NCBI GenBank assembly: GCA_044236365.1
Contig: JBIIGQ010000092.1
Location: 1-34,575 of the forward strand
Direction of reading: 5' to 3'
Length of the DNA stretch: 34,575 bases
Source: Candidatus Limnocylindrus sp.
GTDB taxonomy: Bacteria > Chloroflexota > Limnocylindria > Limnocylindrales > Limnocylindraceae
The position numbers were made by a program, and so were the translations under genes. The notes beneath the pieces were generated by a model. It was not told where the DNA came from, did no database searches, and was given only the letters and a program-made list of their open reading frames with translations. This document shows, piece after piece, positions 25,396 to 34,575 of this stretch. Numbering within the stretch: position 1 is the first letter of the stretch; each line of letters opens with the position of its first letter.

Positions 25396-26550
25396 ATGCC
25401 ACGAGATACCCGAGCCACCGACCTTGGAATCCGCATCGGCCGGTTTACTCCTGGCCCAACGGACGGAATCACCGATGTGGCCGGCGTGCGCGTCGCTGCC
25501 GCCACCATCGTCAAGGGCGAAGGCGCGCTCGAGCGCGGCGTTGGACCAATTCGCACCGGCGTCACCGCCATTCTTCCCCGCCCACTCGCCGAGATGGGGC
25601 ATCCGCTCTTTGCTGGCACCCATCGACTGAACGGGAACGGCGAGCTCACGGGTCTGGAATGGATTCGCGAGTCTGGCCTTCTTACCTCGCCGATCTGCCT
25701 CACTAACACCCACTCCGTTGGCGTGGTTCATGACGCGATGATCCGCTGGTCGCTGGATCACGTGCCAGACGCGCCACCATGGAGCCTCCCTGTTGCAGGT
25801 GAGACCTGGGACGGTGTGCTGAACGACGTGAACGGTTTTCACGTCACCGCGGCGCATGCACAGCAGGCACTCGATGCCGCAGCTGCCCTACCGAACGGCG
25901 CGCCCGTGCCGCGCGGCAATCAGGGCGGTGGGACAGGCATGATCTGCCACGGCTTTAAGGGCGGCAACGGCACATCGAGTCGCCGACTCCCCGCAGAACT
26001 TGGCGGGTACACCATTGGGGTGTTCGTTCAGGCGAACCATGGCCGTCGCCATCGGCTCACGCTGCAGGGGAAGTCACTCGCCGCTCCCGGCGGACCACTC
26101 TCCACCGAGCACTACCCACTTCCATGGGAGACCAAGCTCGGGGCTGCACCGAAGCCTGATGACCCTCGCGGTGGCGCCGGATCGATCATTGTGATCGTCG
26201 CTACGGATGCACCTCTCCTTCCGATGCAACTTGATCGTCTCGCGCAGCGAGCGGTCATCGGCATCGGCCGCGTCGGCGGTGTCGGCGAGCACTCCTCTGG
26301 TGATCTCGTGCTGAGCTTCAGCACGGCGAACGGCCACCTTCCAGCAGAGGACCTTGAGCCGAAAGAGCCGTTCGAAGCCTCGGTCACGATGGTGGTTAAC
26401 GCACACCTCTCTGCGCTCTTTGAGGCGACCGCTGACGCGACCGAGTCGGCGATCGTTGATGCGCTCTTTGCCGCCGAAACGATGAGCGGTGCGGACGGTG
26501 CCACAGCCGTGGAACTCCCGCTCAACATCGTGCGCGCAGCGCTGGACTAA
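25396..26550 (+). CDS. DmpA/P1 (S58) family aminopeptidase
   Basis: ITDVAGVRV, NGNGELTG, TNTHSVG, GFKGG, autoprocessing G-S site (GSIIVIVATDAPL), SSGD. Confidence 0.92.
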   Translation: MPRDTRATDLGIRIGRFTPGPTDGITDVAGVRVAAATIVKGEGALERGVGPIRTGVTAILPRPLAEMGHPLFAGTHRLNGNGELTGLEWIRESGLLTSPICLTNTHSVGVVHDAMIRWSLDHVPDAPPWSLPVAGETWDGVLNDVNGFHVTAAHAQQALDAAAALPNGAPVPRGNQGGGTGMICHGFKGGNGTSSRRLPAELGGYTIGVFVQANHGRRHRLTLQGKSLAAPGGPLSTEHYPLPWETKLGAAPKPDDPRGGAGSIIVIVATDAPLLPMQLDRLAQRAVIGIGRVGGVGEHSSGDLVLSFSTANGHLPAEDLEPKEPFEASVTMVVNAHLSALFEATADATESAIVDALFAAETMSGADGATAVELPLNIVRAALD

Positions 26551-26559
26551 GATCAGCCA

Positions 26560-27672
26560 ATGAATCTGCCGAATCCTCTCCGCAGCGATGAGTGGCCACA
26601 GTCGATTCGCCTGATTGCGTGGGCGACACTCGCAAGCCTCGCCCTCGTCGCCATCATGGCGGGGCTTGGTGTCGTCACCACCTTCATCTCGGCTCAAGGC
26701 CCACTCCTCTACGCACTCGCCGGCGGGTGGCTGCTGGCGGCGCTGGCCGATGCGCCGATTGACGGACTTGCAGCACGCGGCTGGACACGCACGCGCGCAG
26801 CGCTGCTTGTGTGGATTGCGGGTGCGGTTCCAGTCATCATCATCGCCATTGAACTCGCGATCGCCTTCGCGCAATCACTGGGCGGCATCATCGCCGGACC
26901 CGAGCCAACGCCGGTAGAGGTCGGCGCGATGGTTGAGCGACTGAGTGCCCTCCTCGCTTCGGTAGGACTCAACGTTGACCTAGTGCCGCTGGCAACCACG
27001 GTGATCCTCGCCATCCGCGATGTGGCGGCGTCGGTGCAGTCAAATATTGCGGCGATTGCGGCGGGTGCCATTGGTGCACTCGGCCCACTCATCTTGGCGA
27101 TCGGTATTGGCGTAATCCTCTCTGCAAATCCTGCCCATCTCGACTCCGTTGATCAGCTTGCAACGCGCGGGCGAGTACGCAGCGCGCAGCGATCACGAAA
27201 GATTCTTGAAGAGATCATCGCTCGGTTTATTGGGCGACATGTTGCACTCGGGTTTGTCTACGGCGTGGTCGTTTATGTCGGAGCCACGATTGCCGGAGCC
27301 GATGGGCTCCTCGCCGCAGTGCTCGGTGGCATCGTGATGGCGATCCCATCAATTGGCCAGGGTGCTGCGGTGTTGCCACCGCTCGCGCTCTCGATTCTCG
27401 CCGCTGGCCCTTACGTGCTTCCTGGTTCGGTGGTGATCATCGTGGGCTGGCTCCTCTGTGCCACACAGCTCGCGCCACGACTGATGAACGGCGTGCTGCG
27501 CCTCTCAGGAACCACCGTCTTCGTTGCGGGCAGCATCGGCGGTCTCGTGGGTGGCGTCCTTGGCGCGATCTTTGCCCTCCCAGTCATTGCTGCGGTAGCC
27601 GCTATTCGTCGAGAGGATTCTCCAGTTACGGTCAAAACGGCGAAGCGAGCCGCAAAGAGCAAGCGCCGCTAG
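26560..27672 (+). CDS. AI-2E family transporter
   Basis: Hydrophobic pattern; IPSIG, LAPRLM, GGVLGAIFALP. Confidence 0.75.
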   Translation: MNLPNPLRSDEWPQSIRLIAWATLASLALVAIMAGLGVVTTFISAQGPLLYALAGGWLLAALADAPIDGLAARGWTRTRAALLVWIAGAVPVIIIAIELAIAFAQSLGGIIAGPEPTPVEVGAMVERLSALLASVGLNVDLVPLATTVILAIRDVAASVQSNIAAIAAGAIGALGPLILAIGIGVILSANPAHLDSVDQLATRGRVRSAQRSRKILEEIIARFIGRHVALGFVYGVVVYVGATIAGADGLLAAVLGGIVMAIPSIGQGAAVLPPLALSILAAGPYVLPGSVVIIVGWLLCATQLAPRLMNGVLRLSGTTVFVAGSIGGLVGGVLGAIFALPVIAAVAAIRREDSPVTVKTAKRAAKSKRR

Positions 27673-27725
27673 CCCGCCCCGCCACTCAGGCGAGGAGTAA
27701 CTCCGCGCAGGTGTAGCCTCTAGCG

Positions 27726-28985
27726 ATGCCGAATACTCAAAGTAGATCCCGCATCACCCCAGCCTGGCGTGGGCCGTTTCGCCATCGCAACTACCGCCTC
27801 TTCTGGTTCGGGCAACTTGTCTCGTTGGCTGGAACCTGGATGCAGTCCATCGCGCAGGCCTGGTACATCACCGAACTCACGAATGAGCCCGCGTGGCTCG
27901 GCATCGTTGCCGCTGCGCAGTTCACGCCGGTGATGGTCCTCGGACTCTTTGGCGGCGTACTTGCTGATGCGCTCCCCAAGCACCGCGCTCTGATGGGAAC
28001 CCAGGTCAGCCTGATGGTGCTCGCACTACTGCAGGCGGCCCTCGTGGCTACGGGACTCATGACACTCCCGCTCCTCATCCTCATGGCCGTCCTGCTTGGT
28101 GTCGTGAATGCCATCGACATGCCTGTTCGGCAATCGTTCTTTAGCGAGATGGTTCCCGAAGATGAGGTCGGTCGAGCGGTTGCAATGAACTCAGCAATGT
28201 TTAACGGCGCACGTGTGATTGGCCCGGCAATCGGCGGCGTACTCATTGGTGTGATCGGTGTGGCTGGTTGCTTTGCAGTGAATGGCGCCAGCTTCCTCGC
28301 CGTGTTGTTGGCCCTCCTCTTCATGCGTGCTGATGAGCTCCGCCCCGCACCGCGCACCCCTCGTCCACGAACGGTCGCCGATGTGCTCATCAGCCTCGCC
28401 GAGGGGGTTCGATTTGTGACGCGCACGCCGCTCATTGCCCTCTGCGTGTTTGTCATCGGCGTGGTCTCTGGTGTGGCAATGAACTTCAACGTGATCGCTC
28501 CAATCCTCGCGCGGAGTGTGTTGGAGATCGGCGCGCCAGGCCTCGGGCTCCTGATGGCCGCAATTGGGTTCGGGTCGCTGAGTGGCGCACTCGCTGTTGC
28601 CATGCTGCGTCAACCACGTACCGCCGTGATCATTGGTGGCGCAGCAGCGCTCGGCGTTCTCTCCATCATGGCCGGGGCCGTGAGTGGAAGCGGAGCGCCG
28701 TGGGCTGCACTCGTTACTGGAGTGGCGCTCTTCGGTGCAGGATTTGGCGCGATCGCCATGGCAGCAACCGCGAACGCTGCGATTCAAACCTCGACACCGC
28801 CAGCACTGCGCGGCCGGGTGATGAGCGTGTATACGACGGTCTTCGCCGGCTCAACGCCAATTGGGGGGCTTGGGACGGGGGCGGTGGTTTCGCTGATTGG
28901 GGCGCCAGGCGCGTTGATCGTTGCAGGCGGGTTGGCGCTGATCGCCACGGCGTATGCGGCGACGCGGTGGCGGTCGATCCTCTAG
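27726..28985 (+). CDS. MFS transporter
   Basis: FRHRNYRLFWFGQLVSLAGTWMQ, GGVLAD, LRGRVMS. Confidence 0.92.
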   Translation: MPNTQSRSRITPAWRGPFRHRNYRLFWFGQLVSLAGTWMQSIAQAWYITELTNEPAWLGIVAAAQFTPVMVLGLFGGVLADALPKHRALMGTQVSLMVLALLQAALVATGLMTLPLLILMAVLLGVVNAIDMPVRQSFFSEMVPEDEVGRAVAMNSAMFNGARVIGPAIGGVLIGVIGVAGCFAVNGASFLAVLLALLFMRADELRPAPRTPRPRTVADVLISLAEGVRFVTRTPLIALCVFVIGVVSGVAMNFNVIAPILARSVLEIGAPGLGLLMAAIGFGSLSGALAVAMLRQPRTAVIIGGAAALGVLSIMAGAVSGSGAPWAALVTGVALFGAGFGAIAMAATANAAIQTSTPPALRGRVMSVYTTVFAGSTPIGGLGTGAVVSLIGAPGALIVAGGLALIATAYAATRWRSIL

Positions 28986-29903
28986 CTAGGGGAGGCGCAC
29001 CCGGCGCCAGGAACTCTCGTTCCCAGCCGCATCAATCAGGCGCACCTCAACGGTGACACCACGCATCAACAAGACAACCTTCCCACCAGTGGATTTCATG
29101 AACGGGCCGATTTCAATCTCATCGCCGGCGGCGAACCTGAGCGGCTTCTCGTAGCCAACACGCACCTCAATGGCAACAGTGCCGGTACCCGAGTCGGTTC
29201 CAGCAATCTTCAGAAGATACGGGGCTGGGTTCCCGCGCGATGTACGCCCTTCGCGCACACGCACGCTACTGATGCGTGGATCGGTGCGATCTCGCCCAGC
29301 GGCAACCGCGAACGGGGTTCGTTCTGAGCCACCAACAAAGCGCATCCATACCGTTGCGCTTGACGTGCCGAGTTGCGGAAGTCGCGACCAGCTACGCACT
29401 TCGCGGATGGCGTAGGTGCGTGCGCTGCGGAAGGTTTGTCGATCGGCGACTTCAATCGCACGGGCACCCGGCGGCGCATACTCCTGCAAGATCTGCAGCG
29501 CGAGGTCGGCATCAAAGGGTGTACTGGCAGTCGCGGCAGCAAGCAGGTCGCCGAGAGTGAGCGCTGGCGGAGTTGGCGTGGCCGGCTCATCACTTGGCGA
29601 CGCTTCAACATCGCCCTCTTCGCCACCCTCGCCGTCCGTGGCGTCAGGGTCAATCTCCTCTCCCGGATCTTGCCCCGGGTCAGGCTCTGGCTCTTCCTCG
29701 CTAGGGGCGGAGGCATCAGGATCGAGGCTCTCATCGGGCGACACACTCTCGTCGGCGATCAGATCTCCGTCGATCAGCTCTTCGTCGGCTGCAGCGACCA
29801 GCCCAGCGCCCCAGCCAAATGTTCGCGGTGCGGCAATAGAACTGACGATCAGCGCGACCAGCACTGAGGCCGCAAGCCAAGGGGTGCGCTGAGTCCTCTT
29901 CAT
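28986..29903 (-). CDS. hypothetical secreted protein with acidic/Pro-rich linker
   Basis: Signal peptide; D/E/P-rich tract; C-terminal beta-rich region ending VRLIDAAGNES. Confidence 0.7.
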   Translation of the reverse strand: MKRTQRTPWLAASVLVALIVSSIAAPRTFGWGAGLVAAADEELIDGDLIADESVSPDESLDPDASAPSEEEPEPDPGQDPGEEIDPDATDGEGGEEGDVEASPSDEPATPTPPALTLGDLLAAATASTPFDADLALQILQEYAPPGARAIEVADRQTFRSARTYAIREVRSWSRLPQLGTSSATVWMRFVGGSERTPFAVAAGRDRTDPRISSVRVREGRTSRGNPAPYLLKIAGTDSGTGTVAIEVRVGYEKPLRFAAGDEIEIGPFMKSTGGKVVLLMRGVTVEVRLIDAAGNESSWRRVRLP

Positions 29904-29963
29904 GTTCTTAGTGTGGCAGGTGTGCGTGCCAGCAGCGTGGCACGGTTCCGCCGAGTGGGGCTC

Positions 29964-30944
29964 CTACTTGAGCGAGTCGATCAGGTCAGCGACGAAACGC
30001 GGACCATCCACCTTCATAGGGACGCGAACGAGGGGCGGCGTGGCATCTTTGCCGCCGTTGCGCTCTCGTGTCTCTCGGGCATCAGCGGCGGGAGCCATCC
30101 AGGCACGTCGGTCGATGATTGTTGCGCCGCGCGTTGGGCCACTGGTGTTCACCTCTACCGCGCGATCGAGCCACTCCGTCATGTAGGTGGGGTCGGCGAC
30201 GATGCCCGCAGCGAGCGGATCATGCAGTGGGCACTCGCGCGTGCCGAACGTTCGCTGATAGACATCGAGGTAGTGGCCCAACACCTTTAGGGCAAACTTC
30301 GAGCGCACCGAGCCAATCGCCTCAATGGCCTCCAGCTCCTTGGTGCGTAGGCGCGTGACCTGCGTCACATCCAGGCCCACCATGGTGACCGGCCACTCGG
30401 CACCGAAGACAAGATTCGCCGCCTCCGGGTCGTGCCAGATGTTCGCTTCAGCGGTTGCAGACGCATTCCCTTCATGGGCAATCGCACCGCCCATCACCAC
30501 CACAGAGCGCACACGCCCCGCGAGTTCTGGGTCGAGGCAGAGGGCAAGTCCGAGATTGGTGAGTGGGCCAACGGCGAGCAGGTCAATCTCTCCGGGCATC
30601 TCGCGGGTGAGGCGCAAGATCTGTGAAACCGCATCTTCAGCAACGGGTCCGCGCTTCGGCGCCGGCTGGTTGGTATTGCCGAGACCATCCTCGCCATGCA
30701 CCCACTCCGCGGTGGCCAGCGGCTGCGCCATGGGTCGGCGCGCGCCGTAGGCGACGGGCACATGGTCAAGGCCACAGAGTTCGAGGAGGCGACGGGCATT
30801 GACCGCGGCAAGGTTCGACGGGATGTTGCCGTGCACGCTACCAACGGCGAGCAGCTCAACGTCGCTACGCCCAGCGAGGTGGAGCATGGCGATCGCGTCG
30901 TCAATCCCCACGTCGGCGTCGAGCAAGATCTTTCGGCGTTCCAT
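29964..30944 (-). CDS. nucleoside hydrolase (IU-NH family)
   Basis: DADVGIDDA, GPLTNL, AEANIWHDPEAA, LHDP. Confidence 0.93.
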   Translation of the reverse strand: MERRKILLDADVGIDDAIAMLHLAGRSDVELLAVGSVHGNIPSNLAAVNARRLLELCGLDHVPVAYGARRPMAQPLATAEWVHGEDGLGNTNQPAPKRGPVAEDAVSQILRLTREMPGEIDLLAVGPLTNLGLALCLDPELAGRVRSVVVMGGAIAHEGNASATAEANIWHDPEAANLVFGAEWPVTMVGLDVTQVTRLRTKELEAIEAIGSVRSKFALKVLGHYLDVYQRTFGTRECPLHDPLAAGIVADPTYMTEWLDRAVEVNTSGPTRGATIIDRRAWMAPAADARETRERNGGKDATPPLVRVPMKVDGPRFVADLIDSLK

Positions 30945-31056
30945 AAGGGGGAGAGTCTACGGGTTCCGCCCCCCCACCTGCGTGCCTGATGCGCTCCTGA
31001 TGCGTGCCAAGCCCCTGCTACGATCGCCCAGAGATATTCAGAAGGCGAGGGGATCC

Positions 31057-32289
31057 ATGCCGCACCTGGCACTCGTGGTGCACTCCTACGTAGACGAGGA
31101 TCCGCGCGTCCGACGCGCGGCCCGCGCGGCCCGCGCCGCCGGCTGGCACGTCAGCATCATCTCCCTTCAACGTGACGGCGATCCTGCTCGAGGCGAACTT
31201 GACGGCGCCCAGCTCTACCGCCAACCAGTCCAGCGAAACCAGGGGGCGGGAATCAGCACCTATGTTGTTGAGTACGGTCGCTTCGCGGTGCTGGCAGCAC
31301 GTGCGCTTCTGCAAATTGACCGGGAGCGTCCGATCGATGTTGTCCACGCAAACAGCGTTCCAGACTGGCTTGTCTTCGCCGCGGTGCCGCTGCGCCGACG
31401 TCACCGCATCGGTTTGATCCTCGATCTACACGAAGCCTCGCCCGAGCTCTTCCGTATGCGCTTCGCACGATCGTCGCGATCTCTGCTCACGCGAATAGCC
31501 GCACGCGCACTGGTCTCGCTCGTCTCGTTCGCTGAGCGCCGCTCCATCGCCATCGCCGATTGGGTCTTTGTCACCGCCCCCCGCCTGCGCGACCGTCTGG
31601 TCAAGATCGCCCCGCGACGCGCCGATGCGGTGGAGGTGCTCCTCAACGTCCCTGAGACGCAACGATTCGCGGCTGCAACCGCCAGCGATCGAACCTGGAT
31701 GGTAGACGGCACCTTGCGGTTGGTGTACACGGGCGCCCTCACCCCAATCTACGAAGTAGACGTCATCATCCGCGCCGTCGCCCTTCTGCGCGCTGCGCCA
31801 GCGCCGCTCCCCGTGCACCTGGTCGTGGCGGGTCGCGGTGATCGCGAACCCGCACTTCAGGCACTTGCAACGGAGCTTGGCATTGCGGATGCGGTGGAGT
31901 TCCTTGGCCGCGTGACATTTGAGGCGGTGCCGGCGCTCATTCGTGGTGCCGATATCGCACTGGCGCCAACGCGGCTCGACGAATTCACCGATCTCTCGAT
32001 CTCCAACAAGGTCTTTGAAGGGATGGCGAGCGGCCGGCTGGTGTTGGGTACGCGTCTCAAGACCCTCGACGATCTAGTTCCTGAAGCGTCGGTGGCACGC
32101 TACACATCGGGGAGTGCGGAAGAGGCGGCCGCCGTAATCAGACGACTAGCGTCAGATCCGGCAGAGCGCGCGAGCCGCATTGCATCTGGCCTCGCAGCGA
32201 TTCAGAGTGGTCTCAGCTGGGAGGCGGCCGGTGCCGCCTACGTGCAGCGACTTACCGCGCTGCTGCCGCCGCCCGTCGACCCTCGGTAA
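31057..32289 (+). CDS. glycosyltransferase family 4
   Basis: DPRVRR, LDLHE, YTG, SNKVFEGMASG; GAGGGG SD before ATG 31057. Confidence 0.88.
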   Translation: MPHLALVVHSYVDEDPRVRRAARAARAAGWHVSIISLQRDGDPARGELDGAQLYRQPVQRNQGAGISTYVVEYGRFAVLAARALLQIDRERPIDVVHANSVPDWLVFAAVPLRRRHRIGLILDLHEASPELFRMRFARSSRSLLTRIAARALVSLVSFAERRSIAIADWVFVTAPRLRDRLVKIAPRRADAVEVLLNVPETQRFAAATASDRTWMVDGTLRLVYTGALTPIYEVDVIIRAVALLRAAPAPLPVHLVVAGRGDREPALQALATELGIADAVEFLGRVTFEAVPALIRGADIALAPTRLDEFTDLSISNKVFEGMASGRLVLGTRLKTLDDLVPEASVARYTSGSAEEAAAVIRRLASDPAERASRIASGLAAIQSGLSWEAAGAAYVQRLTALLPPPVDPR

Positions 32290-32791
32290 CCCAAGAGCTC
32301 TTCGGTACCGGCTGCTTCGGTGGCCGTTCTCCAAATCGTCGTTTCCACTCACGTCGCCCCGAGAGGTAGCGCGTCACCTCAAGATCCGCCGCTGTGATTG
32401 CCGCACCGCGCAGCCAGATGCGATGCAACTCAAAGCACTTCCTTGCCCACGCATCGCCGTGGGAGTCACCACTGATGAGATGCGCAAGTTCGTGCAGTGC
32501 GGTTCCCTTGTCGTATGAGCAGAGGAACATCTCACCGGTTTCAGTGATTACCCACCCGAACGGATGCGACGGTTCACGACGTGTGCCCGTATGGTCGTGA
32601 ATGCGCACCCACTCAAGCCTGCGCTTGGCGCGTGCAGTAGCCCGTGCCAGGAGCTCAAGCGTTGGGCGCCAGTGCGGCCAGGCGGCGACAGTGAAGCCAC
32701 GCATCGGGCGAACCTCAAAGGGGAGATCCAGCGCCCACTTCGGCGCCTCGGTCCAACGCCCGGCAATCTTGACGCGATACATACGGCTCAT
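32252..32791 (-). CDS. hypothetical zincin-like (SprT-like) metallopeptidase
   Basis: ALHELAHLISGDSHGDAW (HExxH...H); TACGCT 6 nt before the ATG. Confidence 0.7.
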   Translation of the reverse strand: MSRMYRVKIAGRWTEAPKWALDLPFEVRPMRGFTVAAWPHWRPTLELLARATARAKRRLEWVRIHDHTGTRREPSHPFGWVITETGEMFLCSYDKGTALHELAHLISGDSHGDAWARKCFELHRIWLRGAAITAADLEVTRYLSGRREWKRRFGERPPKQPVPKSSWVTEGRRAAAAAR

Positions 32792-32838
32792 TTCGTCAGC
32801 GTATTCCAGCCCACATACGGGCGGCGTATCGCGGCGAG

Positions 32839-33624
32839 TTAGCGGAGAGCGCTCGCGCCAACAGAGCGCACACGCTTCAAGAAGGCGCGGGTGCGCGGGT
32901 CTCGTGGCGCCTTGAAGATCTTCTCAGGAGAGCCCTGTTCCACAATTCGGCCACCTTCGAGATAGCAGATACGATCGGCAACATCAGCGGCGAAGGCCAT
33001 CTCATGGGTGGCAATCAACATGGTTGCGCCGCCCTTGGCGAGTGTGCGCAACGCTTCGAGCACATCGGCGACCAAGACTGGATCAAGCGCGCTGGTGATC
33101 TCGTCAAGCAGCAGGACCTTCGGCTCTGTTGCCAACGCACGGGCAATCGCAACGCGCTGCTGCTGCCCCCCAGAGAGGCTGTCGGGGTAGGCGTTCGCCT
33201 TTGCGGCAAGGCCGAGCTGCTTCAGCAGCGCGCGGGCACGCTTCTCTGCTGCAGCGGCGGTCAGGCCGAGTGCCACGCGCGGGGCGAGGGCGACGTTCTC
33301 GAGGGCGGTGAGATGGGGGAAGAGGCTGAAGCCCTGGAAGACGATGCCGAGCTGACGGCGTGTCGTATCGGCATCCGGATCGTCGGCGTGCACGGCGCGA
33401 CCGCTTAGGGTGATGCTGCCGGCGTCAATCGGCTCAAGCAGGTCGGCGCAGCGGAGCAGGGTTGACTTGCCAGAACCCGAAGCACCGATGAGACAGACCA
33501 CTTCGTGCTCGGCGAGTGAGAGGTCAATCTTGTCGAGTACCAGCGCGCGCCCGTAGCGCTTCGAGACGCCGCGCAGCTCCAGCACCGGTGCCGCCGCCGC
33601 TCGCTTCGCTGCTGCGCGAGCCAT
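32839..33624 (-). CDS. polar amino acid ABC transporter ATP-binding protein
   Basis: GASGSGKS, LSGGQQQR, LLDEITSALDP, THEM. Confidence 0.95.
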   Translation of the reverse strand: MARAAAKRAAAAPVLELRGVSKRYGRALVLDKIDLSLAEHEVVCLIGASGSGKSTLLRCADLLEPIDAGSITLSGRAVHADDPDADTTRRQLGIVFQGFSLFPHLTALENVALAPRVALGLTAAAAEKRARALLKQLGLAAKANAYPDSLSGGQQQRVAIARALATEPKVLLLDEITSALDPVLVADVLEALRTLAKGGATMLIATHEMAFAADVADRICYLEGGRIVEQGSPEKIFKAPRDPRTRAFLKRVRSVGASALR

Positions 33625-34430
33625 CAGCGAGTGCCTCCCTGTTGCGCCGCGCGATCCTTGGCGGCGAGGCGATCAACGAGGCGTGTCATTGGAATCGTGA
33701 TCACCAAGAAGATCACCGCGGTCACCATGAGTGGCGTGAAGTTGAAGTTTGCCGACTTCAGGATCTGCGCCTGCTTGAAGGCTTCGACCACACCGAGAAT
33801 CGAGACGAGCGCCGTGTCCTTTTGCAGGCCGATGAAGTCGTTAAGGAGAGGCGGCACCACACGGCGAAGCGCCTGCGGCAGCACGACGTAGCGCAGCGCC
33901 TGGAAGCGCGTTAGGCCGAGCGCACGCGCCGCGCGCTCTTGCGACGGATGAATCGATTCAATGCCGGCGCGGTAGACCTCGCTGACGTAGGCGCTGTAGA
34001 TCAGCACCAGCGTCACGAGCGCCCAGAAGAAGGGCTCGCTCGGCACGCCAGGGAGGCGCAGCGCAGGCACACCGAAGCCGAGCACGTAGATGAGCAAGAT
34101 GCTCGGCACGCCACGGAAGAAGTCGGTGTAGATGGTGGCGAAGATGCGTAGCGGCGCGAGCGCTGGGCTGGTGATTGATCGGGCGAGGGCAATCAGGAGC
34201 CCGATCGGCAAGATGAGGATCTCTGCCAGCACGAAGAGCTGGATGTTGATGGCGAATGCGCCAATCACGTTAGGGAGAGAGGTTGAGAAGTAGGTTCCGT
34301 CGAAGAAGGCCTTCTGAACGAGTGGCCAGCTCGGCGATGAGCCGATGGAGATCGCGAGCAGCGTCGCGACAGCGAGAGTGCTGATGACGGCGACGAGGGT
34401 TCCCTTACGGGCCGACCTCGCCGCCGTCAT
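33624..34430 (-). CDS. polar amino acid ABC transporter permease
   Basis: FRGVP, SAYVSEVYRAGI, AARALGL, LPQA, KDTAL. Confidence 0.95.
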   Translation of the reverse strand: MTAARSARKGTLVAVISTLAVATLLAISIGSSPSWPLVQKAFFDGTYFSTSLPNVIGAFAINIQLFVLAEILILPIGLLIALARSITSPALAPLRIFATIYTDFFRGVPSILLIYVLGFGVPALRLPGVPSEPFFWALVTLVLIYSAYVSEVYRAGIESIHPSQERAARALGLTRFQALRYVVLPQALRRVVPPLLNDFIGLQKDTALVSILGVVEAFKQAQILKSANFNFTPLMVTAVIFLVITIPMTRLVDRLAAKDRAAQQGGTR

Positions 34431-34442
34431 CGTGCGATTCGC

Positions 34443-34575
34443 TTACTGCAGGACTGGCGCGCTCGCCTTGTCCGCGATCCACTCCGTGAGCAGTGCCGCA
34501 AGCGTGCCGTCAGCCTTTAGGGCGTCGACAGCAGCCGAAACACATGCCGTGAGTGCTGAGCCCTTCTCAAGGACA
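34443..34575 (-). CDS. amino acid ABC substrate-binding protein, C-terminal fragment (runs off the window)
   Basis: ...VLEKGSALTACVSAAVDALKADGTLAALLTEWIADKASAPVLQ*. Confidence 0.85.
   Translation of the reverse strand, partial: VLEKGSALTACVSAAVDALKADGTLAALLTEWIADKASAPVLQ

Noticed and set aside
31114-31140. CGCGCGGCC tandem repeat in the GT4 gene
   Set aside because: Encodes an ordinary RAARAARAA helix; short, in frame and low complexity.

Overview
GC-rich, densely packed bacterial chromosome segment with about 37 CDS. The gene set and short intergenic spacers tentatively suggest Chloroflexota or an actinobacterial-type host (inference only). The left edge (1-582) looks like the end of an integrated element that has split a tRNA-Thr(CGT) gene exactly at the anticodon loop; only the promoter and 5' half of the tRNA remain. 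Next is a cst-like persulfide/sulfide detoxification locus: CsoR/CstR-type repressor with a palindromic operator, MBL-rhodanese fusion, TauE exporter, rhodanese lipoprotein and a 64-aa Cys-rich protein. The rest holds two small regulated membrane-protein modules, TrpB2, NhaA, cysK-cysE, ABC/MFS transporters, a serine hydrolase/beta-propeller/FN3 fusion coupled to a GH18 lipoprotein, a sortase-fold protein with Ser in place of the catalytic Cys, a DmpA-type peptidase, a nucleoside hydrolase, a GT4 and an amino-acid ABC operon. A -10 hexamer sits exactly 6 nt before the ATG of many genes, suggesting leaderless mRNAs. The same signature reveals two short ORFs missing from the ORF track: a 30-aa Cys-containing leader in front of cysK-cysE (candidate cysteine-sensing attenuator) and an 18-aa leader coupled to the ABC exporter. 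All calls are by eye; no searches or folding were run.
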